A stretch of 64,000 nucleotides of DNA from a phage. The position numbers and the translations under genes are program-made. The notes below the pieces were generated by a model. That model made no database searches, had not been told where the DNA came from, and saw nothing but the letters and a program-made list of their open reading frames with translations. Shown in pieces: positions 1 through 10,559 of this stretch. Within the stretch, counting starts at the first letter, position 1. Each line of letters begins with the position of its first letter. The stretch lies in the sequence record PX969468.1; one strand, given 5' to 3'.

Positions 1-44
1 TGACAGTTTACAACCTGTCTGACGATACAGTTAACTATCTGGAT

Positions 45-797
45 ATGCATCAGGCTGATGCCCTTGCAGTTATGTTTGAAGCTGGCTATGATAATGAGAA
101 CCAGTTGATATTCTCCGGAACTGTGGAGTTTGTTGAAGACAGGTGGGAAGGTCCGACCAGAAAAACTAAGTTCATCTTTGGGGATGGTACTGAGAACATC
201 ATTAAGTGCCAAAGCACAAGATCTTATCAGAAAGGCACACCTCTGAACTCTGTGCTTAATGACCTACTGAAGGATATGAACTTGCCAAAAGGTAGGGTTG
301 TGGGTTTTGGAAACCAGACCCTGCAATACTCTATGGCTTTCTCTGGAAACACTGCAGAGAACCTCCGCAGGTTTGCAAGACTGACCAATTCAACATTTAG
401 CGTTCAGGATGGAGCTTTGTATTGGACCAAGGTTGGAAAAAGGTTCAAAGACTCTGTGTTTGAAATAAGTGCAGAGTCTGGGATGCACGGATCGCCTACC
501 CCTAAAAACCCAGAACCTGCTAAAAAACGAAAAGCTAAAGCTGCTGCCAAAGGTGGTTCGACATCTAAAAAGAAAAAGAAAAACCCGAGAGAGGATGTTG
601 GTCTTACTGTAACCACATGCCTTAACGGAGCTATCCTCCCAGAGTCCACTATTTATCTTAAAAGCAAGCAATATACAGGCTTCTATAAGGTGATCACGGT
701 GCATCATAAGGGCACCATAGAAGGCGGTGATTACACTACAGAGCTTGGCCTTGGGGAAACAGTGGGTGGAGTTGTTGACAAAACTGAGGAGGTATAA
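45..797 (+). CDS. phage structural protein (baseplate region) with Lys-rich linker; frame is open to the window start so the gene may begin upstream
   Basis: 250-aa ORF directly upstream of and abutting the spike-like gene; KKRKAKAAAKGGSTSKKKKK low-complexity linker; no stop codon between position 3 and the ATG at 45. Confidence 0.4.
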   Translation: MHQADALAVMFEAGYDNENQLIFSGTVEFVEDRWEGPTRKTKFIFGDGTENIIKCQSTRSYQKGTPLNSVLNDLLKDMNLPKGRVVGFGNQTLQYSMAFSGNTAENLRRFARLTNSTFSVQDGALYWTKVGKRFKDSVFEISAESGMHGSPTPKNPEPAKKRKAKAAAKGGSTSKKKKKNPREDVGLTVTTCLNGAILPESTIYLKSKQYTGFYKVITVHHKGTIEGGDYTTELGLGETVGGVVDKTEEV

Positions 798-1474
798 TGG
801 CAATAAATAGGAAAGATGCTGCTGTAAGATCCTTTATAGAAAAAATAATGAGGGACTACCACACCAGCATCAGGGCCAGAGTTGTCAGTGTTGACTACAG
901 TATTCCTTCTGCAGCCGTGCAGCCAATAGCTGAAACCACGTTTGATGACGGAGATGTGGAGAGATACCCTCTTATCTATGACGTTCCAATTCAGGTGATG
1001 TCTGCAAACAGCGGAAAGGCAAGGTTAACACTTCCTATTAAGGCTGGAGATGTTGTAGGATTGCAGTTTTCAGAGAGAAATGAAAACAATAACGACGATC
1101 AACAAACTCACGGCCTGTTTCCAGGGTGGGCAATCACCTCTGTTCATTCAGACTCAAACGCCTTACAGATCGATCCTGATAATGTAGAGTTATGGAATGA
1201 TAGGGTTTATTTTAAACTGACACCTTCTGGCGATTTTGAGCTTCAAACACCTGGTGGGACATTACGGTGCGACAGCAGCGGGGAGTTTTCTTTCACTAAC
1301 GGGGCTGCCAATTTGCGAGCTGCTGTGGATGGGAATATCAGAATGAATGGTGCTACAATAGACCCATCTGGTAGAATTATAACTGCTGCTGGCGTGGATT
1401 TGGATTCATTCTATGCAGAATATAAAGGTCATACCCACTCTTGCCCTGATGGCGAGACAAGTGGACCGCACTAA
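797..1474 (+). CDS. baseplate central spike protein (gpV/gp5 OB-fold-like)
   Basis: ATGA overlap with upstream gene; OB-fold-like motif IKAGDVVGLQFSERN; His/Cys-rich C-terminal tip GHTHSCPDGETSGPH resembling metal-binding spike apex. Confidence 0.45.
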   Translation: MAINRKDAAVRSFIEKIMRDYHTSIRARVVSVDYSIPSAAVQPIAETTFDDGDVERYPLIYDVPIQVMSANSGKARLTLPIKAGDVVGLQFSERNENNNDDQQTHGLFPGWAITSVHSDSNALQIDPDNVELWNDRVYFKLTPSGDFELQTPGGTLRCDSSGEFSFTNGAANLRAAVDGNIRMNGATIDPSGRIITAAGVDLDSFYAEYKGHTHSCPDGETSGPH

Positions 1475-1486
1475 TAGAGGGCTTTC

Positions 1487-2203
1487 ATGGCTACGCTTTA
1501 TAGTGATATATTGATGGACCCACAGACAGGCGATTTGGCGATAGACAAAGGTCTTGAGTTGATAGATTCAAACCAGGTAAGTCTGCGCCAGCGCTTGTGG
1601 ATGAGGTTTAATACGTGGAAGGGGAGCTGGTACTTTGACGAACTGTTTGGCTTCCCTTATATGGACTTTCTCAGTAAGAAGGTCATGAAGACTGTTCTTG
1701 ATAACAAGATTATGGAAGTGGCAAGACAAGAGCCGGATGTGCTAAACATCATAAACTTCCAGTCTACCATGGACCGAAGATCGAGAACATACCAAGCGTT
1801 CTTTGAGGTTGTTACCAAAGAGAACGAGATTGTAAGGCTGGCTTTCGTAGGTCTTGATCAGTTCACCTACCCACAACCTGATTCTGGGACAACCTCTCTC
1901 TGTGATGATGAGGGTTGGATTAAGTGGGCTAATAAACTGTACTACCTGATCAACTTCAGATTACCTAGAACCGGAGATGCTACATGGTGGAACCAGTATG
2001 CTGGTCCTGAGATGGAAAACCCGATCCCTGTAGGCTCTCTGTTGACTCAGGATAAAGATCTGCTGATGACTGAGGCAGAACAAACCATTAACCGCAATAC
2101 CTGGACACTTGCTCCAGATGAGCGCGAATACTCTGGTGTTATTGCTACCTCCAATGATGAGGCTATTGCCAACCAGTCTGGTCGTGCTATTGATGTTAAC
2201 TAA
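1487..2203 (+). CDS. putative baseplate wedge protein (gpW/gp25/Mu gp46-like)
   Basis: position after spike gene; N-terminal GDL...KG.WYFDELFGFPY pattern typical of small baseplate wedge proteins; assignment tentative. Confidence 0.3.
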   Translation: MATLYSDILMDPQTGDLAIDKGLELIDSNQVSLRQRLWMRFNTWKGSWYFDELFGFPYMDFLSKKVMKTVLDNKIMEVARQEPDVLNIINFQSTMDRRSRTYQAFFEVVTKENEIVRLAFVGLDQFTYPQPDSGTTSLCDDEGWIKWANKLYYLINFRLPRTGDATWWNQYAGPEMENPIPVGSLLTQDKDLLMTEAEQTINRNTWTLAPDEREYSGVIATSNDEAIANQSGRAIDVN

Positions 2204-2212
2204 GGAGAAATC

Positions 2213-2881
2213 ATGGCTGTAGCTTATCCTACAATACCAATTCCAGATCTTGAAGATGCAGAAACAGTCCTGAGTGATGACTTCTTGGTTGTCAACCAGA
2301 CTGATGGGACAAGAAAGGCTAAGATTGACGATGTTGTCAACGATCTTAGCATTACTAAGATAGTCTATTTCACAGATGGTGGCTATCTTAAGAGCAAGAA
2401 GGACTTTGCTTATGACCCAGAGACTAAGCGCTACTACACGTGGAACGGGGATTATCCTAAAATAATCCTCCCAGACTCCACTGTAGAGGGTGCTGGGGGT
2501 GTGTCTGCAAATGCATGGTCTGTTTTTGGTGAGCTTGCTGCAACTTCTTATGGCAGAATAGTTGATTACGGATCTATCGGCGGTCAGCTTGATATGGATC
2601 TTGAAGTTGCGGATACCTTTAAGGTTCGACTAACTTCAAATACCACAATCTCTTTTGAAAATCAAACAGAAGGTCTTGAAGGTGTGGCGAGAACTATAAC
2701 CGTATGCATTACTCAGACCTCTGGCGGCAACAAAGTCTACTGGCCTGATAATGTTAAATGGGCCTACGGAAGAGATCCTATCCTAACATTTACAGCTGGT
2801 GCAACAGATATTTTCAAGTTGGAAACCTACGACAACGGGTTAACTTGGTACGGGGCACTGATCATCGCAGGAGCTATCTAA
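2213..2881 (+). CDS. fiber-related protein sharing N-terminal anchor domain with the 5516..9316 fiber
   Basis: N-terminal ~110 aa align with N-terminus of 5516..9316 (DDFLVVNQTDGTRKAKIDDVV vs DDYLVVQQPDLTRRVKIGDVV; DFAYDPE vs DFAYFEE). Confidence 0.45.
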   Translation: MAVAYPTIPIPDLEDAETVLSDDFLVVNQTDGTRKAKIDDVVNDLSITKIVYFTDGGYLKSKKDFAYDPETKRYYTWNGDYPKIILPDSTVEGAGGVSANAWSVFGELAATSYGRIVDYGSIGGQLDMDLEVADTFKVRLTSNTTISFENQTEGLEGVARTITVCITQTSGGNKVYWPDNVKWAYGRDPILTFTAGATDIFKLETYDNGLTWYGALIIAGAI

Positions 2882-2882
2882 G

Positions 2883-5480
2883 ATGCGTATTCAACACAAC
2901 ATTGATAACGTATTTCAGATGATTGAGGGGCACAGGAAGTGCCTCGATAACAACACAGGTATTACCAACACCTCTACACAAAATAGGCTAGTAAACCCTG
3001 ATGGTCTTATAGCTGCAGGGTGGGCAGGTAATAAGATAAATAATGATTGGGCAATGCATGAGTCCCAAGCTGTGTTGATTCTGGGATACATTGAAGCATA
3101 CAGGGCATCGAAAAGCGATTTCTATCTGGATAGGGCAAAAGATGCTTGGGAAGCTTACAATAGTCATCTTCTGGGTGCATATGCTGTAGAAAGTAAAATG
3201 CAAAGATTGTCCCACTACCCTCTATCCACAGACGGGGTTCCATCACATGGTGGGTTTAAAGATGTGGTGGTGTCTTTTACCAATGGTAGAGGAAAAATCC
3301 CAACTGGATCTCCGACATGGGGGGAATACCTGGACAAGGCATTCCAAGCGTATAACGGTGTGTTAGGAAGAAACACTGTAGACTCTGATGTTTACGGTGG
3401 CACAGATGCTAACCCAGATTGGACAACATCCGGATTAAGTTGGTGGGTTGAGTGGTACATAGCATGGGATGGTAACCGCTATTGGGCTAACGGTAGCATA
3501 GCCGACAGTGGTCATACGTCTGTAGAGTTCGGCACAATCCAATTACAAGATAAGGGTGTTACAGGCAGCCACAAGGTGACCTATTGTGTAAGATTACCTC
3601 AAGAGCAGGGTGGATCGGTGATACCTGCAGGATCCCCTGTAATTGTAAATCCTATAAACGTGGTTGCAGATAATCAGGCCCCAGAGCTGGACGGGGAAGA
3701 AATGTGGTGTGACGCTTGTTATCAACTCTACACCTTGACAGGTGAGGAAAAGTATTACACCGCGTTTAAACAGTCTTACAACAAGTTGCTTAATTTCAGT
3801 GATATAAACGCCTACGACAAGCTGTTTAGAAAGACCACGTTGATTAAGGCACCGTTCACGGATGGTACTTGTCTTGTTGCAGGAACAGTTCCTGTCATGA
3901 GCAGGGACAGTGACGGGTATATCAATTTTAGAATGAACGCACGCCAGCCTTGCGAAATAATTCAAAAAGGGACTACATACAAAATAGGCAGAGATGCTGA
4001 AATTGTTATGAATTTCGGAGGAGAAGGGGTTCTGTTCCAGCCGCATTTCATCCTTAACGATGGCAACAATAACAAAAAACAGTACAGGATAGGGGTTCCT
4101 TTTGGAGGGGCAGAGGTAACAGAAGTAGTTGCCAAGGTCACTGATTTCGTAGAGGTAGTTGGTAAAGACGGTAATCCGTATCTCTTACCTAAAGAGGAAA
4201 ACATTGCCGTAAGCGGTGGTGCTAGTGTCAGTATGCAGTATGATACCGACATTTACAACCACTCTGACAACTTCACCCGTTGTAATATAGCAAGAGGCAA
4301 AGTAACTTTCAATTTTGGAAGAGAGATTTCTTTAAACTCAGTAACTTATCGATCAGATGATGAGATGGTAAGGGTCAAATTTCTTGACAAAGACAGGTGG
4401 TTATGGTATGCTGATCTATATGCCACTAATGGACAATGGATAACAGAAACTCTTACTCTAGGAGATTTCAAACTAGATCCGACACAACCTCATCACACCG
4501 AAGAAGAGATTAAACCTTTCTTTGCTAATCCTAAGGGGCTCACCTCTGTAGATTTCAGCCTAAGCGACAGACAGATAGGTAATGGCTTGTTTGATCTGTA
4601 TTGCGTCAACACACTGCCGCAATTTTATATTGCAGATAGAGATGCTTATCTAATCTGGTTTAGCGTATGGATGGCAAGCAAGACAGAATCAACCGCTAAG
4701 GTTGGCGATTGCTATGTCAGAAACTACAAGCAAGGTGCATACAGGCACACACCGGGTGTGTTCCCTGCCGGAAAGGTGATAGATAAGGAAAACTATCTCT
4801 TAGAGGAAAGGCCAAATTGGCCCTACCCTGGCATGCAATACCCAGCAGTCTACTGCATGGGTGCAGAAAACATAGATCGCCATAGATTGTCAAATACAAT
4901 AGGCTTTCTGTATGACGCTCAAGTCTGGTATAATAATACATTTAAGACAGAGGGTCCAGTTGCCTCACGTTATGTATGGCAAAGAGGTAATGAAGGGTTG
5001 ACTGGTTGGTGGGAGATGGTAGATAACTCTAAGCTCCAGTCAAGATCTTTTGTTGCTGCGTGCCGCACAATATATGAGCTCAAGAAACATAAAGAACCTG
5101 TTGATGAAAGACTATTCCTGTTCTGCCAGAAATGGGCATGGTTCCTCAACAGATTCCAGTCATCTCATTCAGGAAATCTGCCTACAGACTTTAACACCTC
5201 TGGGGGATATTCTTATCAGGACAGAGGAGACAGGATGTGGGTGGTAGGTGAATGGCTTGCAGGTTGCTGCTGGCTAGGTCTGTGCGGGTATTCAGAGACA
5301 ATACCTCAAATAGATATTGTTGTGGAAGCCTGTGTGAAGCTACTGCAAAAGCACCACTTCATTAATGGGGATAATATTTTAAACGGCTGCTGGGCAGTTT
5401 CTGACCCGGTTGGCTATCACTCTGGCGAAATCCTTCGCGGTCTAGGTCTTTATGCTCAATACCGTGGATTGTACCTTTAA
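2883..5480 (+). CDS. large tail-associated protein, possibly alpha/alpha-toroid glycosidase-like (candidate depolymerase)
   Basis: 865-aa ORF, Trp/Tyr-rich helical segments (ESQAVLILGYIEAYRASKSDFYLDRAKDAWEAY; DPVGYHSGEILRGLGLYAQY) reminiscent of six-hairpin glycosidases; hairpin plus T-run downstream at 5485-5503. Confidence 0.3.
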   Translation: MRIQHNIDNVFQMIEGHRKCLDNNTGITNTSTQNRLVNPDGLIAAGWAGNKINNDWAMHESQAVLILGYIEAYRASKSDFYLDRAKDAWEAYNSHLLGAYAVESKMQRLSHYPLSTDGVPSHGGFKDVVVSFTNGRGKIPTGSPTWGEYLDKAFQAYNGVLGRNTVDSDVYGGTDANPDWTTSGLSWWVEWYIAWDGNRYWANGSIADSGHTSVEFGTIQLQDKGVTGSHKVTYCVRLPQEQGGSVIPAGSPVIVNPINVVADNQAPELDGEEMWCDACYQLYTLTGEEKYYTAFKQSYNKLLNFSDINAYDKLFRKTTLIKAPFTDGTCLVAGTVPVMSRDSDGYINFRMNARQPCEIIQKGTTYKIGRDAEIVMNFGGEGVLFQPHFILNDGNNNKKQYRIGVPFGGAEVTEVVAKVTDFVEVVGKDGNPYLLPKEENIAVSGGASVSMQYDTDIYNHSDNFTRCNIARGKVTFNFGREISLNSVTYRSDDEMVRVKFLDKDRWLWYADLYATNGQWITETLTLGDFKLDPTQPHHTEEEIKPFFANPKGLTSVDFSLSDRQIGNGLFDLYCVNTLPQFYIADRDAYLIWFSVWMASKTESTAKVGDCYVRNYKQGAYRHTPGVFPAGKVIDKENYLLEERPNWPYPGMQYPAVYCMGAENIDRHRLSNTIGFLYDAQVWYNNTFKTEGPVASRYVWQRGNEGLTGWWEMVDNSKLQSRSFVAACRTIYELKKHKEPVDERLFLFCQKWAWFLNRFQSSHSGNLPTDFNTSGGYSYQDRGDRMWVVGEWLAGCCWLGLCGYSETIPQIDIVVEACVKLLQKHHFINGDNILNGCWAVSDPVGYHSGEILRGLGLYAQYRGLYL

Positions 5481-5515
5481 CATAGGGGGCTGTTTGCCCC
5501 CTTTCAGGAGAAAGA

Positions 5516-8500
5516 ATGGCTGATATTAAAGTTGTCAGAATTGAATCTCTTCCTGCCACTACCGCAGTGACAGAGGATGATTACCTGGTTGTTCAACAAC
5601 CAGACCTGACTCGTCGTGTAAAAATTGGCGATGTTGTCCATGTTGATGGGACTGTTTCTCATGTAATCTCCTTTAAGGAAGGTGGTAAGTTAAACGGCCC
5701 AATGGATTTTGCCTACTTCGAAGAGGAAGACCTCTACCTGCGTTGGAAAGGCGAATTTCCACACACTGTTCCTGCACTGTCTTCACCGTACTCCGATGGT
5801 GGGATTACTGACGCTGCATGGATGGTATATACAGATCCGTCCTTAAGGGAGGAGCTGGAATCTACCATTGGCGCATCTATGATCATGACAGCCGAAGGGC
5901 AGTCTGTCCAGGATGTAATGGATGTTACTGTTCAGACAGCTAACGATGCTAAAGCCCTTGCACAGCGTGTAGATTTTGGTACAGTGCACACTGTAGGCGA
6001 TGTTATTCACCTTGATAACTTTGTTGGCCCTGCAGTTATTGAAGAGGGAAGAACTACCAACTACCCTTCTGTAGCAGCTGGTGAAAAATTTCTGAATGGT
6101 GTGGTATCTCGTCGTGATACTACAACTGTTGATGGTATTTTCCGTGGCGCTACTTCAGGAGCCATGTATACCATTGCAGTAACCAACGGTGTGGCAACAA
6201 CAAAAAGAATAGCACTTCGTGATGAATTTAAACGCCTAGAGGCAAATACCCCAACAAGAACAGTTATCCGTGCTGGAGATGACTTAAACACGGCAGGGTA
6301 CTTGCAGCTTGACGCAACAGGCCGTTGGGGCATGTGGAACCAACAAACAGCCTCGTGGCAACCTCTTGCTATAGAGCAAGGCGGTACAGGTGCCAGGGAT
6401 GCCGCAGGTGCACGCATTAACTTGGGGGCTTTCTATAAGCAACGTGCAGCCCTTGAGCCAAATTTCAATATCAATAACTTGACTGGTAATCAGGATGGTG
6501 TATACTACCAACCGATGACTGCTTATGCAACCGAGGCAAATGGTTACCCTGCAGGTTCTGGTGCTGGTCACTTGATTGTTTGGCAGAACAATGCTAACGG
6601 CGGTACAGGTTGTCGTCAGGAATACTATCCATTCTCTAACGTAGATGTTTGGTATTTGAGAACCTATCAGGCCAACACAAACCAGTGGACTGCATGGCAG
6701 CCGATGGTCAGACCTCGTAACGATGATACCTTTAGATCGCACATCGGTCTTGGGCCTAGAAATACCCCTACCTTCGGGCACCTTTACCTGTCTCAAAGTT
6801 CTGCTGATGTTAAGTCGGCATCAGGTATTGTTAACGGGGACAAATACAGTGCTGACGGTGTCCTTGAGCACGGGTATAGGATCTACTCTGAAGTAAGAAA
6901 CGACAATAAGGCTTGGTTGACAATCCACCTACACAAAGGTGCAAAAGGATCTGAAACTCATAGATATTTGGGTTTCCGCGAAGACGGTGTATTAGACTGC
7001 CCTAAATACATGCAGGTTGGGGATCTTACTGGTCAGCTGACAAACTGGGGACTTGGAGAGTGGATCCGTAGTTCAGGGGCAGAAAGAGGCTTCTGGGGGT
7101 CTAAGAAAGCCGCCAAGATGGTTGTCTGGGATGGTGGGATGGACGAATCCGGTAACGGCACTCTGGAATGGGGTGTTTATAACAACCGGAAGGCCAAGTG
7201 GGAACCTTTACCTCAAGCCGCAGGCGGCACTGGGGCTACAACTTTAGCAGATGCTCAGAATCTGTTCAAAGTTCCTATAGCAGCAGGTGTAAAAGACTTC
7301 TTGACACTGCCAAGAACCGCAGGGATGGAAGATGGGAAATACTACCCAATTATCGTTAGAACAGATCCGTATTACGCCCCTTCGACAGGTACAGATATTA
7401 CCATAGTCACCAGGTCTTCATCTGGAAATGACCCTATGAACTGTGCCACCCTGCAGTGTCACTATAGAACTGGTGGCTGGACGGACAGGGGAGACTCTTT
7501 CTACGGGGTAGTAAATTTCTACCAGAATGAAAAAGCACTTCTTGGGATGGTTGCTCCAACAAGGGGTAAACAAGAGTATGTTGCTTTCTATGTAGAGGCT
7601 CGTGCTTTCCCTGTCAGCATATACGCAAGTAGAAATGTTGTCGAAGTGTTTACCAGAGAGCAAGATTACCAGGTCGGGGCTGTAACAGACAATCAGGATG
7701 GGGTTAAGTTCGTTGCACCTCTTCAGTCAGCAGATTTGAATCTTGCTATTCTTGGAGATAACAACACCAATACCAGACCTATTGTTGACTTCAAAGGTAC
7801 TTCAGGGTTCTACACTGGTGGCGGCACACAGTGGCACTATATAGGCACTGCTGAGCGCTATGCTGTGATGAGCAAAATGAATATGCCAAAAGTCGAGCTA
7901 TGGGCAGACGGCCTTGACTATTTGTGCTACGGCAGTCCTAGAAAGGCGTTATTCTCTAATGCAGGATTCCAGTGTGCATCCGATGGGACAGAGGATCTGA
8001 CTAACGGTACGTTTACCTCTAAATGCGGTAATGGTGCTGGTCTCAAAGGTCAGGCAGAGTTCAGATCTACTCCAGAGGCTGGTCAAGTTATTGTTCGTGA
8101 TGTTGTAGGTTCTGCTCACAGATTCTACAACTTCAACAAAGATGGCACTTTCTCAGCTCCTGGTGGTTTTGTATGCCACACAGGTGCAGACTGGAACAAC
8201 CAGTTCGGGAATAACAACCCTTCTAAAATAATGGCTGGTAACGTCAACGGACCTGAAGGTTCCATGGTTGTAGCAGGGTTGTCGGTTGGTTTTTCTGGAA
8301 ACTACGCTTTCCAGATGGCAGGTCGTTTAGACCAGCTGTACACTCGTTCCATAGAGCAGGGAAACCACAGAGCGTGGAACAAAGTTATTCAGCACCGTGG
8401 TCAAGGGTTGGGAACTAATGACCTTAACGACTACAAAGGAGATAGAGAGGGTTTTTATCATCAGGAGGCCAATGCTCAAGCCGCACTTGATAGAAACTAC

Positions 8501-9316
8501 CCATGCTCTCAGGCAGGTACTCTCCTTGTCTATAGAAACTATGTCAACGTTCCAGAGAGTTGCGTACAGGAATATACAACATATCTTGGAGAAAAATTCC
8601 TGCGTTATGGAACAACGATAGGTGGTGTTTTCACATGGGGCCATTGGCAGCAGCTTGGCGGTAAGGGTATCACTTTAAAAACTCAAGGGTCCAATCTTGA
8701 ACCTGAGTTCACAATACACACAGGTGGTGGTACTGATGTTACCAACACTTCGAACATGCCTTCTAATACAGGCAGGTTGTACTATTGGGGTGATGGCGCT
8801 GATAGGAAGAATGTGTTTGAGTTTCAGATAAGTGATAACTCAACAGCCGCCAGCTGGGTATTCCACTGCGGAGCTAAGGCAGATGAGGCTAAATCAAGAT
8901 ATTTTGCTGTCAACGGCACGGTAGAATGTACCACTGTTAGCCAAAGTTCCGATAGAGACCTGAAGGATAATATAGAGGTCATACCTAACGCTCTGGAAGC
9001 AATTAGAAAGATGAAAGGCTATACCTACACCTTGAAAGAGAATGGTATGCCTTATGCAGGCGTGATTGCTCAAGAGGTTATGGAAGCATTGCCAGAGGCA
9101 GTAGGATCTTTCGTGAAAAGGAAGGAAATAGAAGGTCCTACTCAAGACGGTATTCCTCTGATGACCGAGGAAAGGTTCTATAACGTTGACTACGCAGCTG
9201 TAACAGGCTTGCTTGTCCAGGTTTGCAGGGAACAGGACGATAAAATAACCGCCCTTGAGGAGCAGGTTAAAAAATTGACAGAGGTTGTTACTGGATTGCA
9301 AGAGAAACTGAAGTAA
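5516..9316 (+). CDS. tail fiber/tailspike with C-terminal S74 intramolecular-chaperone autoproteolytic domain
   Basis: 1266 aa; C-terminal SDRDLKDNIEVIPNALEAIRKMKGYTYTLKENG...GVIAQEV hallmark of peptidase S74 chaperone domain followed by coiled coil; strong RBS; terminator downstream. Confidence 0.75.
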   Translation: MADIKVVRIESLPATTAVTEDDYLVVQQPDLTRRVKIGDVVHVDGTVSHVISFKEGGKLNGPMDFAYFEEEDLYLRWKGEFPHTVPALSSPYSDGGITDAAWMVYTDPSLREELESTIGASMIMTAEGQSVQDVMDVTVQTANDAKALAQRVDFGTVHTVGDVIHLDNFVGPAVIEEGRTTNYPSVAAGEKFLNGVVSRRDTTTVDGIFRGATSGAMYTIAVTNGVATTKRIALRDEFKRLEANTPTRTVIRAGDDLNTAGYLQLDATGRWGMWNQQTASWQPLAIEQGGTGARDAAGARINLGAFYKQRAALEPNFNINNLTGNQDGVYYQPMTAYATEANGYPAGSGAGHLIVWQNNANGGTGCRQEYYPFSNVDVWYLRTYQANTNQWTAWQPMVRPRNDDTFRSHIGLGPRNTPTFGHLYLSQSSADVKSASGIVNGDKYSADGVLEHGYRIYSEVRNDNKAWLTIHLHKGAKGSETHRYLGFREDGVLDCPKYMQVGDLTGQLTNWGLGEWIRSSGAERGFWGSKKAAKMVVWDGGMDESGNGTLEWGVYNNRKAKWEPLPQAAGGTGATTLADAQNLFKVPIAAGVKDFLTLPRTAGMEDGKYYPIIVRTDPYYAPSTGTDITIVTRSSSGNDPMNCATLQCHYRTGGWTDRGDSFYGVVNFYQNEKALLGMVAPTRGKQEYVAFYVEARAFPVSIYASRNVVEVFTREQDYQVGAVTDNQDGVKFVAPLQSADLNLAILGDNNTNTRPIVDFKGTSGFYTGGGTQWHYIGTAERYAVMSKMNMPKVELWADGLDYLCYGSPRKALFSNAGFQCASDGTEDLTNGTFTSKCGNGAGLKGQAEFRSTPEAGQVIVRDVVGSAHRFYNFNKDGTFSAPGGFVCHTGADWNNQFGNNNPSKIMAGNVNGPEGSMVVAGLSVGFSGNYAFQMAGRLDQLYTRSIEQGNHRAWNKVIQHRGQGLGTNDLNDYKGDREGFYHQEANAQAALDRNYPCSQAGTLLVYRNYVNVPESCVQEYTTYLGEKFLRYGTTIGGVFTWGHWQQLGGKGITLKTQGSNLEPEFTIHTGGGTDVTNTSNMPSNTGRLYYWGDGADRKNVFEFQISDNSTAASWVFHCGAKADEAKSRYFAVNGTVECTTVSQSSDRDLKDNIEVIPNALEAIRKMKGYTYTLKENGMPYAGVIAQEVMEALPEAVGSFVKRKEIEGPTQDGIPLMTEERFYNVDYAAVTGLLVQVCREQDDKITALEEQVKKLTEVVTGLQEKLK

Positions 9317-9323
9317 CTGTTCT

Positions 9324-9349
9324 GCCCTCGCTTCGGCGGGGGCTTTTTG
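9324..9349 (+). terminator. rho-independent terminator (UUCG tetraloop hairpin plus T-run)
   Basis: gccctcgc-ttcg-gcgggggc followed by tttttg directly after stop codon at 9314-9316. Confidence 0.7.
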
Positions 9350-9355
9350 TTTGTA

Positions 9356-9384
9356 TTGCGTATTAACTCAAAATCTGGTAAAAT
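9356..9384 (+). promoter_or_regulatory. sigma70-like promoter with extended -10 (TTGCGT-N17-TAAAAT, TG at -15/-14)
   Basis: motif caaaatYTGGTAAAATA shared with 14866-14894 and 21197-21225. Confidence 0.45.
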
Positions 9385-9415
9385 AGCTATCATGATTGTT
9401 TAACCTGGAGGCACA

Positions 9416-10006
9416 ATGTTTTTATGGGAAAGGCCTAGATACCTTCCAGATATTAGATTGGAGCTGCTGGCAGATATTGTTACGTTTAAAAGTCCGTTTA
9501 CAGGTAAAACGCAAAAAGTGACCTATGCCACACCTAACTGGAAAGGCACTTTGACGGTTTCCAATATCAGCGAGTCACAGCTGCTAGAGCTTAAGAGCTT
9601 TGTTGATCAGGTGTATAAAGATGGGAACATTTTTCTTATTAAAACGTACGGTCACTCAGTAACAGCTAATGAGCCAATCGCCCTTGGGCCTACTGGTAAC
9701 GACGATTTTTTGAAGACGGTCGGATGGGAGCCAAACAGAGACATAGCCAGAGCTGGGGATAAAATATCTGTCAATGATGAATTGAAAGTGGTAACAGCTC
9801 CAGTGCGCAGCGATGGTGTTGGGTCTGCTGTCATAAGCATATCCCCAAGACTTAGAAAACCTATTGCCGCAGGGGACACTATGAAGATAATAACTCAATC
9901 CCCAAAGGGTAGGTTTCATATCAGAGATATTTATAAAATTAAGCAAAAAGTCGATGCTATGCAAAAAGGTGATAATATAGTTATCAACTTCTTTGAGGAT
10001 TTCTAA
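9416..10006 (+). CDS. hypothetical tail/baseplate protein
   Basis: 196-aa ORF with RBS (ggagg) in structural operon; weak resemblance of KGTLTVSNISES to lambda gpL-type motif, not relied upon. Confidence 0.35.
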   Translation: MFLWERPRYLPDIRLELLADIVTFKSPFTGKTQKVTYATPNWKGTLTVSNISESQLLELKSFVDQVYKDGNIFLIKTYGHSVTANEPIALGPTGNDDFLKTVGWEPNRDIARAGDKISVNDELKVVTAPVRSDGVGSAVISISPRLRKPIAAGDTMKIITQSPKGRFHIRDIYKIKQKVDAMQKGDNIVINFFEDF

Positions 10007-10007
10007 G

Positions 10008-10559
10008 ATGATTAGAGCGCCATTAGATAATTTATTTCTTGAAAAGCTGGAGCTTGATAGTGTTGAGATCTTAATTGCTGCAAAGCTAGAGCTACCAACA
10101 GGTACTGTCAGGGTGTGCTCAGGAACTGGTGTTGTGGTGATTGAGGGGCAACATTTTATAGGGATAGGTGGATCAGCAACATTGACCGCTGTGTCTGAGA
10201 AAGATGCCACCAACTTCGGGTCTGTGGTAGCAACATTGAACGGGTTTGATCCAAAGTATGTAGGTGATCTGCTGAAGACGGAGTATTCGGGTTGTCGTGC
10301 CACGTTGTATATCACAGCTATGGAGAATGGTTTACCTGTTACAACCAATGGCTTGTTTGACGGCCTTATAACAGACATGGCTATTCAGACAGGGGAGAAT
10401 AGTGCTTTGTCCATATCCATATCTTCCATCTTCAACAGCTGGTTAAGAGGTTTTCCTTATCGGTACACAGAGGAGAGCCATAGCTCAAGAAACGATAATG
10501 ACAGATTTTTTAAATATGTGGATCAGGTGGCAAGCCGCCCGATCATTTGGGAGGTTTAA
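10008..10559 (+). CDS. hypothetical tail/baseplate protein
   Basis: ORF track starts at TTG 9993; ATG at 10008 with GAGGA RBS chosen; in structural operon. Confidence 0.35.
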   Translation: MIRAPLDNLFLEKLELDSVEILIAAKLELPTGTVRVCSGTGVVVIEGQHFIGIGGSATLTAVSEKDATNFGSVVATLNGFDPKYVGDLLKTEYSGCRATLYITAMENGLPVTTNGLFDGLITDMAIQTGENSALSISISSIFNSWLRGFPYRYTEESHSSRNDNDRFFKYVDQVASRPIIWEV